DNA of 64,000 nucleotides, from NCBI GenBank assembly GCA_047150005.1, contig AP038806.1:1312001-1376000 (forward strand), written 5' to 3'. Source of the DNA: Nitrospira sp. (GTDB lineage: Bacteria; Nitrospirota; Nitrospiria; Nitrospirales; Nitrospiraceae). Position numbers and translations under genes: made by a program. Below are positions 48,518 through 58,851 of this stretch, piece after piece. Every line of letters begins with the position of its first letter. Positions within the stretch are counted from its first letter, which is position 1. The notes under the pieces were generated by a model. That model did no database searches, was not told the origin of the DNA, and worked only from the letters and a program-made list of their open reading frames with translations.

Positions 48518-49201
48518 ATGGGACTGTACTCGGCGTACGTCTTTCCGCGCCTCATGGACTGGCTGATGCGCGGCAAGGAGTTTCAGCGCCTCAGAAGCTC
48601 ACTCTTAACCGTCGTCCGCGGGAACGTCCTGGAGATCGGGTTTGGTTCGGGCCTCAATTTGACTCATTACCCGTCCGCCGTTCGACGCCTGACGGCCGCA
48701 GACCCGGCTCGCTTTCTGCCTCATGTCGTGGCTCGACGAATGGCTGCAGTCCCCTTCCCCGTCGAGATCCACCACCGGGCTGCGGAGGCATTGCCGTTTG
48801 CCGATCACCAATTCGACTGGGTGGTCAGCACCTGGACGTTGTGCAGTATCGCGGATCCGCTCCAGGCTCTGGCGGAGGTTCGACGGGTGCTCAAGCCCGG
48901 CGGACGATTCATCTTTCTGGAACACGGGCGATGCCAAGACGAGCGTATCGCAGCCTGGCAAGACCGGCTCAACCCGATCCAGAACGTCCTTGGATGCGGC
49001 TGTCACCTGAACCGCCGGATCGACCGGCTCATCGAGCACAGCGGCTTCCGGCTCATCCAATTGGAGCGATTTCACATGACCGGAGTGCCGAAGCTCGTCG
49101 GGGCGATGTACCAAGGCTGGGCCGAGCCGGCGACTCGGTCAGCGGGAGGAGGCCACGGTCCCATTGAGGAGGGACGAAAGATCCTGGACCGACCGAAATG
49201 A
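48518..49201 (+). CDS. Class I SAM-dependent methyltransferase
   Basis: VLEIGFGSG, AEALPF, TLCSI, LKPGGRFIFLEH. Confidence 0.9.
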   Translation: MGLYSAYVFPRLMDWLMRGKEFQRLRSSLLTVVRGNVLEIGFGSGLNLTHYPSAVRRLTAADPARFLPHVVARRMAAVPFPVEIHHRAAEALPFADHQFDWVVSTWTLCSIADPLQALAEVRRVLKPGGRFIFLEHGRCQDERIAAWQDRLNPIQNVLGCGCHLNRRIDRLIEHSGFRLIQLERFHMTGVPKLVGAMYQGWAEPATRSAGGGHGPIEEGRKILDRPK

Positions 49202-49843
49202 GGCCGAAAATGCCGGCGGCGATTTCGTGCTGGACCTCGCGCTGTGAAGGAGATGGAGAATGCCGAACTGTCTGGCCGCCGCCAAACAGCGCTCGTCGTC
49301 GTCAATGAAGAGGGTCCTGGTCGGATCAAACTTCACCAATTCCAGACAGGCCGGCCAATATTGTGGACGCATCTTCAGATAGCCGACTTCAAACGCGTCG
49401 ACGATGCGGTCTACCCGACGCTGGAGGCCGGTCTTGGCCGTCTTGATCTCGACGCCCGCCGGATGGGCGTTCGTGAGGACGGTCACTCGTTTCTTTCGAT
49501 GTCTGACGGCGGACAGGAACGCCGCCGCGCCGGGCAGGAACCCGATCATGTGGTCCAATTCTCGGTGCATGGCCACCACGTCAATACCGACCCGGGACGT
49601 CCAGTAATGAAGATCGGTCCAGGCGAGCTCTTCTTCGACCGAGCGGTACATCGCCATTAAACGCGCCCGGGATTCGTCGAGCGACAGCTTCTCGCGTAAC
49701 GCGTACCGGCGGGGTAACTCTTCTTCGAAAAAGAAATTGTCGAAGTGACGGTCCAGCAGGGTCCCATCCATGTCGACCAGGACGTCGTCGATCTGGGACC
49801 AATCGAGTACCGGGGGCACCTCGGCCGATGGAGACGGGTTCAT
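49139..49843 (-). CDS. HAD hydrolase, YrfG-like GMP/IMP nucleotidase
   Basis: DMDGTLLD.HFDN.F, TNAH, FIDD. Confidence 0.85.
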   Translation of the reverse strand: MNPSPSAEVPPVLDWSQIDDVLVDMDGTLLDRHFDNFFFEEELPRRYALREKLSLDESRARLMAMYRSVEEELAWTDLHYWTSRVGIDVVAMHRELDHMIGFLPGAAAFLSAVRHRKKRVTVLTNAHPAGVEIKTAKTGLQRRVDRIVDAFEVGYLKMRPQYWPACLELVKFDPTRTLFIDDDERCLAAARQFGILHLLHSARSSTKSPPAFSASFRSVQDLSSLLNGTVASSR

Positions 49844-49972
49844 CGGATAGAGTATAGCCGAGGCCGGGGGCGAAAACGACCCAATGGCTCGGTACGCCCG
49901 AGGCCGGGGGCTGTTGTCTTTGAGAAAATTCCTATGTTAGGGTCCGAGAGTCCTGCACACAGTCTGGCTCCC

Positions 49973-51325
49973 ATGTCTTCGCACGCCACCTTCAACTCTC
50001 TACCGTCACCGATGCCGTTGGTCGCGATCATCGGGCGGCCGAATGTCGGCAAGTCGACGCTGTTCAACCGCATCCTCGGCAGTCGAACCGCCATCGTCGA
50101 CGATGTCCCCGGTGTGACCCGGGATCGAAACTATGCGGATACCAACTACCGGAACCGTCCTTTTCGGCTGATCGACACCGGCGGACTCGAGCCGGCTGCC
50201 TCGGATGGGATGCTGGCCCTCATCAGGCGACAATCCGAACTGGCTATCGCCGAAGCCGACGTGCTGATCCTTCTGATGGACGGACGAGCCGGCTTGACGC
50301 CGCAGGACCAGGAGGTCGTCCGGCTCCTGCGCGGCACCACCAAGCCGTTGTTCGTGGCCATCAACAAGATCGACACACCGAAGACCGAAGTCCTGGTCGC
50401 GGATTTCTATCAGCTCGGGATCGAGTCGTTGTTCCCGATCTCGGCCGAACACGGAATCGGCGTGGCCGACCTGCTGGATGCCCTGTATCCGTTGCTGTCC
50501 GACCAGCAGGACACCGGCGAACAGAGCCCGGTGCCGCGCATCGCGGTGGTGGGGAGACCGAATGTCGGCAAGTCCACGCTCGTCAACGCGGTGTTGGGAG
50601 AGGAACGGGTCGTGGTGAGCGACGTTCCCGGCACGACCCGGGATGCCGTCGATTCGCTTGCGACGTACGAGGGACGACGATACCTGTTCACGGATACGGC
50701 GGGCATCCGCCGTCGCGGGAAGGTCGATCGTGGGATCGAGGGATACAGCGTGGCCCGTTCGCTGCGGGCCATCGGCCGATCCGATGTCGCGGTCCTGCTG
50801 CTCGACGGCGAGGAAGGCATTACCGAACAGGACACCAAGATCGCCGGCCTCGTCATCAGGCAGGGTCGCGCCTGCCTGCTGCTGGTGAACAAGTGGGACT
50901 TGCGGGAAGGGGACGCGCAGGCCCGGCAACGGTTCGAGCAGGATCTCAAGCGGCGCTTTCCTTTCCTCACCTGGGCGCCGGTCCTCTTCGGCGCCGCCGT
51001 CAAACCCGATTCGTTGCGACGCCTCTTCCCCGCCATCGACGATGTCTATGCCTCGTTCACCCGGCGGATACCAACCGGCGAACTCAATCAACTGCTTCAG
51101 ACCATTCTCGCCACCCATCCGCTGCCTTCCCGCAAAGGGAAGCCGACGAAGATCACGAAATCGGCCTTCATGACGCAGGTCGCGACGAGACCTCCCGTTT
51201 TCGCCCTGTTTGTCGGGCATCCGGAAAACATGACGCCGGCATACCTGCGCTACCTCGAACACCGGCTCCGAAAAGAGCACGGCTTCTCGGGCACCCCTAT
51301 TCGGCTCCTCGTCCGGAAAAAATAG
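49973..51325 (+). CDS. der: Ribosome biogenesis GTPase Der
   Basis: Two GRPNVGKS P-loops, DTGG/DTAG, NKID/NKWD. Confidence 0.96.
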   Translation: MSSHATFNSLPSPMPLVAIIGRPNVGKSTLFNRILGSRTAIVDDVPGVTRDRNYADTNYRNRPFRLIDTGGLEPAASDGMLALIRRQSELAIAEADVLILLMDGRAGLTPQDQEVVRLLRGTTKPLFVAINKIDTPKTEVLVADFYQLGIESLFPISAEHGIGVADLLDALYPLLSDQQDTGEQSPVPRIAVVGRPNVGKSTLVNAVLGEERVVVSDVPGTTRDAVDSLATYEGRRYLFTDTAGIRRRGKVDRGIEGYSVARSLRAIGRSDVAVLLLDGEEGITEQDTKIAGLVIRQGRACLLLVNKWDLREGDAQARQRFEQDLKRRFPFLTWAPVLFGAAVKPDSLRRLFPAIDDVYASFTRRIPTGELNQLLQTILATHPLPSRKGKPTKITKSAFMTQVATRPPVFALFVGHPENMTPAYLRYLEHRLRKEHGFSGTPIRLLVRKK

Positions 51326-51483
51326 CGGACAGTTCCGTCCACCGAACGACTGAGTTTGTGCGCGATACCGATCCGACATCGCATCCCTTTTCGTATTGGC
51401 CGAGATTCCGGGTGACCAGACCGGTATGCAGGCGGGTTTGACTCTTGCAGATCCCCGATGCCGTTCTTCAATCGGGGGCCGCC

Positions 51484-51933
51484 ATGCCAGAGACCGTACC
51501 GCAGTCCTCACGATCCGCCCTCGGTGAAGCCAGCCATCCGGTCCACCATCCCGCATCGGCTCCCATATCTCCGCCGCCCCCCGACCGCTTCGATTCGTAC
51601 GATTGCGGCGTGATTCTGCTGTCCGCCCCGACCCGCATACTGCACATGAACGGACAAGCCTGCGCGCTGATGGCTCTGTTCGGCGGTGCACACGGCCTGT
51701 GGCCGAATCTGGCGCCCGAATCCATGCCCACCATCCTCGTCGAATTCTGCCGCGAGATCGTGGCGGAATTGGAACACCGTGCACAAGGAGGCCGGTGGGA
51801 ACAGTTCGAGATGCACCGCGTCTGCCACATGATCACCCCGCCGCTCTTGCTCAGGGGATTCGGTATTCCCGTCTCACCCGATCGCGAACCTCGCATGATC
51901 CTCCTGTTGCAACCCTACGCCCCCCTCGCCTGA
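51484..51933 (+). CDS. Hypothetical protein (possible PAS-like segment)
   Basis: Fills the intergenic space; 'GVILLS...ILHMNGQA' resembles the start of a PAS domain. Confidence 0.5.
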   Translation: MPETVPQSSRSALGEASHPVHHPASAPISPPPPDRFDSYDCGVILLSAPTRILHMNGQACALMALFGGAHGLWPNLAPESMPTILVEFCREIVAELEHRAQGGRWEQFEMHRVCHMITPPLLLRGFGIPVSPDREPRMILLLQPYAPLA

Positions 51934-52060
51934 ACCCGGGCGCGCGCCGACCGTCCAACAGGTCTTTCGTCTTGACTCCTCTGGATCAGCATGGTTTATT
52001 CCACAAGGCTGTGGTTGACGCGAGTCCGGCCGACCGCTCGACGAATCACCCAAGAAATTT

Positions 52061-52906
52061 ATGATCCTTCCTTCGATACGGGCCGCTCGTTTTCGGTGCG
52101 GTACCCTCGCGCTGTCTGTGACGCTGGTTTGGGCGGTCCTCGGCCCATGTGTTCCCGCCATCCCTCAGAGCACGGATCAGTCTCCTCCTGATTCCGCGGA
52201 CACAACGGAGCCGGCCTCCCAGGATTCCGACGAGATCGCAGACCCGTCCATCACGTTACGCGGCTCGGTCTGGCGGACGAAAGCGGGGATCGTGTTCCTT
52301 AGGACCCCCATCGGCACGCTGACCCTGAGTTCGAAAACCACGCTGAAGGATCTGAGAGCCTCGCATGAGGTTCGCTTCTGGGTCCACGAACACCACTTGG
52401 TCGTGGAGATTCTGAAGAAGAGCGACGGCTCGCGAATTCACCGCTACCTGGCGGGTCCCATGACCCCGGGCTCGGACGCGCCGAACACGCTGCGATGGTG
52501 GACGCCGGACGGCGACGAAACGACTCACGTCGGGACGCAGCAAACGCGCCTGGCGGCCTTTCATGAGGGCGATCCGTTGACGGTCGAGGTCGACGATTTC
52601 CACACCATCATCGGCGTCCATGACCTGCAATACGATCTCCAGATCAGTCAGACTCCACCGGTCGGTTCCGATGCGCGGGTCTTGTTGTCCGGAACCGTGT
52701 TGAAACTCAAATCCAACTTTATTTTTCTCCGCACGCCGGTCGGCGTCGTGATGGTCAACTCCAAGATCGGCGTTCCTCACGTCAAGGTCGGCCAGTCGCT
52801 GACCCTCAGGATCGATAGCCAGCAGGTCACGGTCGACCTTGAATCGGGCGCGCCGCCTTTGCGAGACCATCACGTTCCCGCTTCGTCCTCAGCCCCGAAC
52901 CCGTGA
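52061..52906 (+). CDS. Secreted hypothetical protein with an internal beta-rich repeat
   Basis: Signal peptide; duplicated 'G.V...K...IFLRTP.G' unit. Confidence 0.7.
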   Translation: MILPSIRAARFRCGTLALSVTLVWAVLGPCVPAIPQSTDQSPPDSADTTEPASQDSDEIADPSITLRGSVWRTKAGIVFLRTPIGTLTLSSKTTLKDLRASHEVRFWVHEHHLVVEILKKSDGSRIHRYLAGPMTPGSDAPNTLRWWTPDGDETTHVGTQQTRLAAFHEGDPLTVEVDDFHTIIGVHDLQYDLQISQTPPVGSDARVLLSGTVLKLKSNFIFLRTPVGVVMVNSKIGVPHVKVGQSLTLRIDSQQVTVDLESGAPPLRDHHVPASSSAPNP

Positions 52907-52918
52907 GCGCCGGCATTC

Positions 52919-53551
52919 ATGCGTCGCACGTCACCTTCCAAATCATCCCGCACCTCACGGCAGCCGGATGATTTTGATAAACTGTACCGAGACCATGTGG
53001 ATTTGGTGTATCGATACGCGCATCGACTCTGCGGCGAAATGGAGTCGGCCAAGGATCTCGTCCAAGAAACCTTTCTCAACGCCTACAGAGGCTTCCGAGG
53101 ATTTCGCGGCGACGCACGGATCTCGACCTGGCTCTATACGATCGCAACGCGCGCCTGTATGCGCATGCGACGCAAACGCAGGGGGCAACCGGAGCGCGAG
53201 CTGTCGCTCGACGAGTTCATTCCGACCTCCGAGGGCGAATTTCATCTGCAGATTCCGGTCGACGGACTGACCCCCGAAGAAGCGCTCGAGAACAAGGAGT
53301 TGCGAGAAGCATTGGATCAGGCCATTCAAAAGTTGCCGAGCAAGTACCGCATGACCTTGGTGCTTCGGGACATGGAAGGGCTGAGCGCGAAGGAGGTCGG
53401 CACCATCATGGGCGCGAACGAACGGGCAGTGAAATCCCGCCTGCACCGAGCGAGACTGTTCGTCAGGCGCGAATTGAGCGCGCGAGGCCTCACCGAGTCG
53501 GCACGAGACTCAGACGCAGGATCACGCGAGTCTGGAGGGTTCCCGGCATGA
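52919..53551 (+). CDS. ECF sigma-70 factor
   Basis: DLVQETFLNAY, STWLYTIA, VKSRLHRAR. Confidence 0.92.
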   Translation: MRRTSPSKSSRTSRQPDDFDKLYRDHVDLVYRYAHRLCGEMESAKDLVQETFLNAYRGFRGFRGDARISTWLYTIATRACMRMRRKRRGQPERELSLDEFIPTSEGEFHLQIPVDGLTPEEALENKELREALDQAIQKLPSKYRMTLVLRDMEGLSAKEVGTIMGANERAVKSRLHRARLFVRRELSARGLTESARDSDAGSRESGGFPA

Positions 53552-53856
53552 AGAAATCCAAAACCGGTTCGCGCAGACCTGGCCGGCCGACGCATCGCTC
53601 CTCTCACCGCCCCGGTCGCTGCCTGCACATCCTTCGCCAGCTGTCGGCCTACATCGACGACGAGCTCCCCTCCGAGATCTGCCGAGAGCTGCGCCGGCAC
53701 CTCGGAACGTGCCCGAACTGCGAAGTGTTCGTCGCGTCGCTGCGGGAAACCGTAAGACTGTGCTGTCATCGACCGACACCGCATCTCTCGACCTCCGAAC
53801 GAGCGAGGCTGCGTCGCGAGATTCTCCAAGCGTCCCGATCGGGATCTCGAGGGTAG
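53548..53856 (+). CDS. Soluble zinc-finger (zf-HC2) anti-sigma factor
   Basis: LSAYIDDEL, HLGTCPNC (HxxxCxxC); ATGA overlap with the sigma gene. Confidence 0.85.
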   Translation: MKKSKTGSRRPGRPTHRSSHRPGRCLHILRQLSAYIDDELPSEICRELRRHLGTCPNCEVFVASLRETVRLCCHRPTPHLSTSERARLRREILQASRSGSRG

Positions 53857-54237
53857 ATGATGCCGGTGTGGGGAATCGTGTGGGCCCTCATCGGCCTGCT
53901 CTCTTGGTCAGAGGCCCGGTCCGCGACGCCGGAAGAGTTGGAGCAGGGGCGCGCGATTTATGAGCGCCATTGCGCCGATTGCCACGGAACGGAAGGCCGC
54001 GGCGACGGCAAACTCGCGCCCTCCCTCTCGCCCAGACCTGGCAACTTCGTCTCGGCCCTGATGTCCGCGAAGACGGATCAGGACCTCCTGAAAATCATCG
54101 CCAACGGGCGGCCGCGGACCTCCATGGAGGGCTGGAACAACCGCTTGTCCGAGGAAGAACAACGCGCCGCGCTCGCGTACATCCGCTCGCTGGTCCGATT
54201 TTCACGCTCTTCAGCCACGCCGCCCCCAACCCGCTAG
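53857..54237 (+). CDS. Monohaem class I cytochrome c
   Basis: Signal peptide, CADCHG, distal Met in TSMEGW. Confidence 0.88.
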   Translation: MMPVWGIVWALIGLLSWSEARSATPEELEQGRAIYERHCADCHGTEGRGDGKLAPSLSPRPGNFVSALMSAKTDQDLLKIIANGRPRTSMEGWNNRLSEEEQRAALAYIRSLVRFSRSSATPPPTR

Positions 54238-54325
54238 CCGACGTTCTGACCTCTTTCGGATCAAGAAATCCACGTGGTAAAGTACGCTCTTTGTCCCATG
54301 GTGCAACCGTAGGAGTCTTCACCAC

Positions 54326-56032
54326 ATGATTCGCCGGCACACGATCGCAGGGAGTTGCGTTGCATTTCTTGGTTCGCTGGTTCTCTCGTGCATGTTCCTG
54401 AACGGACCCTCCGCGTCCTTCGCCGCCTCAAAGGCCACAAAGAAGACGCAAGGCGATGGGACCTCTGCTGCGGTGGCGGTCCAGTTCGCCGAGGCGCTGT
54501 CGCGCGGCGCGGTCGCCGATGCGGTCAAGCTCGACTTTGCCTGCCAGTTTCGATTGGTGACGGCCAAGGGGGGTGCCCTGAAACCCTATCCGATTCCGAC
54601 CGATCCATCCTACGAGGCCTGCTGGAACCAGCTCAAAATCGCGCACGAGCCTGCGCTCACGCACTCGGACGTCGGTATGGACATCCTGTGGCCGAGCAAC
54701 GGTGGACTGGTATTTTTCCGCGAGGAACTCAACCATTATCCGGCGTCTGCCTTCGTCATGGACACCATCGGTCTCTCTCCGCCGGGAAGCGGACTGCATC
54801 TTAAGGTCGTTTCGACAAAGCCCCTGCCGAACGCTTCATTCCCGCTTCGGGACAACGCCCCGCTCGTCTCGGTACCGGCGAATCTGGTGACGGTCGAGGT
54901 TCGCTACCAGGATCCGATCACCTCGCCCGTGACCAAAGCGCCCGGCAGCTACAAGTGGGCCAACACAGTGAAGCCGGCCAGACGCGCCCTCAAGAGCATC
55001 CACACTCAATGGGTCGTGTTGTCGGGACTGAAGAAACACGGCTTTCCCGGGGATGTCGCCGTCGTCAACCTTCTGGTGAAGGATGGAACTCCGGTCGACG
55101 GTATCGCTCAGGAGATCGTCCCCTTCGTGACGGTACGGAGCGGGCCGGTCGCGGGATCGCTCCAGTGGTGGAGCCCGGAGGACATGCCGGGATTGTTGGT
55201 GGCCTCCGCCGCCCGCGCCGCATCGTTTCCGAATCTGCGTGATCGGGTCGCGCTCCTGAACCGAGTGCTCATCATCGATCCCAATCAGGCTGACGCTCTC
55301 ACCGTGTTGACCAGAGACTTGTACAGCGTCGTCCTGCGGCAGGCTGTCGCCTTGCACAATTTGACCGTCAAGGATCCGGCCCTCGCCATGGTGGTCAACG
55401 AGCACTATTGGAACATTTACGCCCAATCGACGCGCATGGACCTCTCACTGGGCATGGAAATGGGCGGCTTCGACAAGCCCACAACGGCCGACTATCTCTA
55501 TCGACTCTTGCCGGCCTTGAAGACCTTGGCGCAGGTACGACCCGAGCAGCTCGACAACCGTTTTCGCTGGGGCGCGGCCCTCAGATGGAACAACGATCAG
55601 GATCTTTCCATCGAAGTCCTCGAAAAACTCGTCAAGGACGTTCCCGCCGAACGGAAGTCCGGCAAAGCCGAAGCACTGCTGCAGCTCGCCTGGGCGCGCG
55701 TGAACAAGGTGGCCTGGAACCGGATCATGGACGATCCCGACGTGCGCGCCGCCTATTTGGACGCGGACCAGGCGTTCGCTCTTGCCGAACTGCCGCTCGA
55801 CAAGTTTATCGCCGAATACACCAAAGCCTATAGTCTCCTGTTCAGCCCGACCAGGGACAATCGTGAGATGCTCGCACTCCTGACGGAAGCGAGAAAATGG
55901 TTCGTCGAGGTGCCGGGCCAGACTCAGGAGATTTGGAATTTCTTCATCGGCGCGGAATCCCTCAAGTCGGTGCTCGATGCGGACCCGGTCTTCCAGCCCC
56001 TCTTGGCGTCTGAAGATCCGAAGCACGGATAG
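54326..56032 (+). CDS. Secreted hypothetical protein with TPR-like C-terminal helices
   Basis: 568-aa ORF with a signal peptide and host-like codon usage. Confidence 0.7.
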   Translation: MIRRHTIAGSCVAFLGSLVLSCMFLNGPSASFAASKATKKTQGDGTSAAVAVQFAEALSRGAVADAVKLDFACQFRLVTAKGGALKPYPIPTDPSYEACWNQLKIAHEPALTHSDVGMDILWPSNGGLVFFREELNHYPASAFVMDTIGLSPPGSGLHLKVVSTKPLPNASFPLRDNAPLVSVPANLVTVEVRYQDPITSPVTKAPGSYKWANTVKPARRALKSIHTQWVVLSGLKKHGFPGDVAVVNLLVKDGTPVDGIAQEIVPFVTVRSGPVAGSLQWWSPEDMPGLLVASAARAASFPNLRDRVALLNRVLIIDPNQADALTVLTRDLYSVVLRQAVALHNLTVKDPALAMVVNEHYWNIYAQSTRMDLSLGMEMGGFDKPTTADYLYRLLPALKTLAQVRPEQLDNRFRWGAALRWNNDQDLSIEVLEKLVKDVPAERKSGKAEALLQLAWARVNKVAWNRIMDDPDVRAAYLDADQAFALAELPLDKFIAEYTKAYSLLFSPTRDNREMLALLTEARKWFVEVPGQTQEIWNFFIGAESLKSVLDADPVFQPLLASEDPKHG

Positions 56033-56068
56033 CGCCTGTCGCGGTGAGTTTCGCGCGGTTGTTGCCGC

Positions 56069-56782
56069 ATGTTCCGGTTGAGCTCCGACCCAGGTGATCT
56101 CCGGTTCCCGCCCGTGGAGGCGGCGTCATCGCAGGGCCTCCTTGCCGTCGGCGGCGATTTGAGCCCGCAGCGGTTGCTTGCAGCCTACCGGCGCGGCATT
56201 TTCCCCTGGTATCAGGACGACCAGCCGATTCTCTGGTGGTCGCCGGATCCTCGAGCCGTGCTTTTCCCACACAAGCTCCATATCTCCCGCAGCCTCGCGC
56301 GGACAATCCGCCGCGCCGACTTCACCGTGACCCTCGACACCTGTTTTCGCCGAGTCATGACTCACTGCGCGGGTCCCAGGCCGCAGCACCCCGAAGGAGG
56401 CACCTGGATCACTCCGGAGATGCTTGAAGCGTACTCGACGCTCCATGAGATGGGCTACGCCCATTCAATTGAAACATGGCAGCAAGACCAACTGGTCGGC
56501 GGGGTATACGGCATGGCGCTCGGGGGAGCCTTTTTCGCCGAGTCCATGTTTACGAAGGTGGATGACTCATCGAAAGTGGCGCTGGCCTTGCTGGTTCGAC
56601 AACTTCATGCCTGGGGATTCACCCTATTCGATTGTCAGCAATCCTCACCGCATGTCATGCGTTTCGGCGCCGAAGACCTTCCGCGCCGCGAATTCATCAC
56701 ACACTTGACCGCAGCGCTCAAACTTCCAGGCCGTACAGGACGGTGGGAGCTAGAGCAGAGGCCAGAAAACAGGGGCCAATAG
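56069..56782 (+). CDS. aat: Leucyl/phenylalanyl-tRNA--protein transferase
   Basis: GGDL...RLLAAY..GIFPW, WWSPDPR, AHSIE, ESMF, SKVAL, DCQ. Confidence 0.95.
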   Translation: MFRLSSDPGDLRFPPVEAASSQGLLAVGGDLSPQRLLAAYRRGIFPWYQDDQPILWWSPDPRAVLFPHKLHISRSLARTIRRADFTVTLDTCFRRVMTHCAGPRPQHPEGGTWITPEMLEAYSTLHEMGYAHSIETWQQDQLVGGVYGMALGGAFFAESMFTKVDDSSKVALALLVRQLHAWGFTLFDCQQSSPHVMRFGAEDLPRREFITHLTAALKLPGRTGRWELEQRPENRGQ

Positions 56783-56910
56783 GGTTAGGACAACCACCGT
56801 AGCAACGGCCGAAACGTGGTGAGGCACTATGCCTTCCTTACCACTTAAGACCACCACCTGATACCAGATTGGCGAGGACGGACGAGCGGGCCAGCGACAG
56901 GCCCCGCAAT

Positions 56911-58278
56911 CTATCCTTTCCCCATCTTGGCCACCTCGGCAAAATAATGCGCGAAGGCTTTCATCCCGCCCGACGCCTGACCCCAATCGAAGTATTCATT
57001 CGGCGCGTGGTAGCCGTGCTCAGGCAGACTGAGGCCCAAAAATAGAATCGGCACCTTCCACATCTTCTGCATCGTGACCACCGCACCGATCGAGCCACCC
57101 TCCCGGATAAAGGCCGGCTCTTTGCCGAACCCGGCCTTCGCGGCCCGCTTCACGCATTCCACGTAGGTGCCGTCGAAGCTGCCCTTGAACGGGTGCAGCA
57201 TCCCTTCCGGCTCCACGCGGACGTTCGGATTGAGCTTCCGCACGTACGCCTTGAGCAATGCGAAGATCTTTTCCGGAGTCTGGTTCGGCACGAGCCTCAT
57301 GCTGACTTTCAGTTCGCCATGGCCGGGCACGATGGTCTTCACACCGGGGCCGTGATACCCGCCGGTCAAACCATGCACCTCGAACGTCGGCGCCGCCCAG
57401 ATGCGGCGGGTCACTTCCGCGGGAACCTCCGTCCGCAGCGAGTGAAATCCATAGGCCTCCTTGAACCGCTTGACCGCGAATCCCGACTTCAAGAAGCTGG
57501 CAATCTCAGCCTTGGTCGGAGCGGTCACCTCTTTGTAGAATCCGGGAATCTTGACCTCCCCGGTCTTCGCGTTCACGCAAGCCATGGCCACATCCATCAG
57601 TTCGGCCAGAGGGTTTCTGGCCGCCCCTCCCGTCACGCCGGAATGGGCGTCCTTGCTGCCGGTGCGGAGCGACAATCTGGCTCCGATCAAGCCACGCAAC
57701 CCATAAGGCATGGCCGGCCGCCCTTTCGCAATCCAGATCGTGTCGGATACGATCACCGAATCGGGACACGGAACCCTCGCTCGGTCTTTCAGCCCCGCGG
57801 CAAAATGCGGACTCCCGATTTCTTCCTCCAGCTCCCAGAGGAACCGGATATTGATCGGTACGCCCTGCTCCACCGCCAATCGGGCTCCAAAGAGGGCGGA
57901 AAGTGCCGGTCCTTTGTCGTCCGTCGCACCCCGACCCCAATAGATGCCGTTTTCGTTCGCGAAGGCGAACGGGTCTCTCGTCCACTCCGCTTCCTGCGCC
58001 GGCTGGACGTCCATGTGGTTGTAGATCGTCACGGTGGGATGATGTGACCCGGTCATCCAGCCGCCCGATACGATCGGATAGCCGCCGGTTTCCACAATCC
58101 GAGCCTCCGCATCCAATCCCCTCAGCACATCGACGGCCATGGTCGCCATGCGTCGGATGTCGCCGGCGCGCGCCGGATCCATGCTGATCGACGGGATCTC
58201 GACCATCTGCCCGAGCAGGTCTTCAAATCGCGTGCGGCAGTCCGGCACATATTTCTCGAGAACGGCATTCAGGCTCAT
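56911..58278 (-). CDS. M20/M25/M40 family metallo-dipeptidase
   Basis: HMDVQP, GRGATDDKG, EEEIGS, GGSI, HAPNE. Confidence 0.92.
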   Translation of the reverse strand: MSLNAVLEKYVPDCRTRFEDLLGQMVEIPSISMDPARAGDIRRMATMAVDVLRGLDAEARIVETGGYPIVSGGWMTGSHHPTVTIYNHMDVQPAQEAEWTRDPFAFANENGIYWGRGATDDKGPALSALFGARLAVEQGVPINIRFLWELEEEIGSPHFAAGLKDRARVPCPDSVIVSDTIWIAKGRPAMPYGLRGLIGARLSLRTGSKDAHSGVTGGAARNPLAELMDVAMACVNAKTGEVKIPGFYKEVTAPTKAEIASFLKSGFAVKRFKEAYGFHSLRTEVPAEVTRRIWAAPTFEVHGLTGGYHGPGVKTIVPGHGELKVSMRLVPNQTPEKIFALLKAYVRKLNPNVRVEPEGMLHPFKGSFDGTYVECVKRAAKAGFGKEPAFIREGGSIGAVVTMQKMWKVPILFLGLSLPEHGYHAPNEYFDWGQASGGMKAFAHYFAEVAKMGKG

Positions 58279-58383
58279 GAGCAGGTCCTCCACAAGATCG
58301 TCGCGGATTATAGCGGCTGTCCGGCTCGGACGAAAGAGAACGGCCGCGGCTCCGGCGTTCGCGGCATGCTAGAATGACGCGCG

Positions 58384-58848
58384 ATGAGACGCCCCTCGCA
58401 GGTTTTCGTGTTGCCGTTCGTCGCGGCATGCCTCTGCATCTCTCTCCGGTTCCCCGCGCCGGCTGCGGGGGATCCGCTCAGCGTGAGCGAGATCTTGGAG
58501 GAACCGCGCGTCTTTCACCTCAAGCAAGTGGTGTTGCAGGGTACGGTCAGAAATGTGCAGCCGCTCGATCCGTACAAATTGCCGGCTGGCACGACTTGCT
58601 ATGGAGCCTATCTGTTCCATTTGGAGGACGACACGGCATCCATCGGCGTCGCAGTGTTCGGCCAGTGCGGTGTGCCGATCGTGAAGGATCCGGACGTGGA
58701 GAACGGAGCACGGATCGAACTTCGCGCGACGATCCAGGCTCCGAGCCACGGCGGATACTATCTCAGTTTCCAAGGTCTTAAGGTGGCGGGGGAGCGGGAG
58801 GGCGTGGTGCAGGCCGTTGCCGACCAGATCACTCCGCTGAGCGAGTGA
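58384..58848 (+). CDS. Secreted OB-fold-like hypothetical protein
   Basis: Signal peptide; 'VVLQGTV...FHLEDDTASIGV' OB-like pattern. Confidence 0.6.
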   Translation: MRRPSQVFVLPFVAACLCISLRFPAPAAGDPLSVSEILEEPRVFHLKQVVLQGTVRNVQPLDPYKLPAGTTCYGAYLFHLEDDTASIGVAVFGQCGVPIVKDPDVENGARIELRATIQAPSHGGYYLSFQGLKVAGEREGVVQAVADQITPLSE

Positions 58849-58851
58849 CCG

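Noticed and set aside
51434..51449. GG-N10-GC element GGTTTGACTCTTGC upstream of 51484
   Set aside because: The -24 box matches poorly and could occur by chance.
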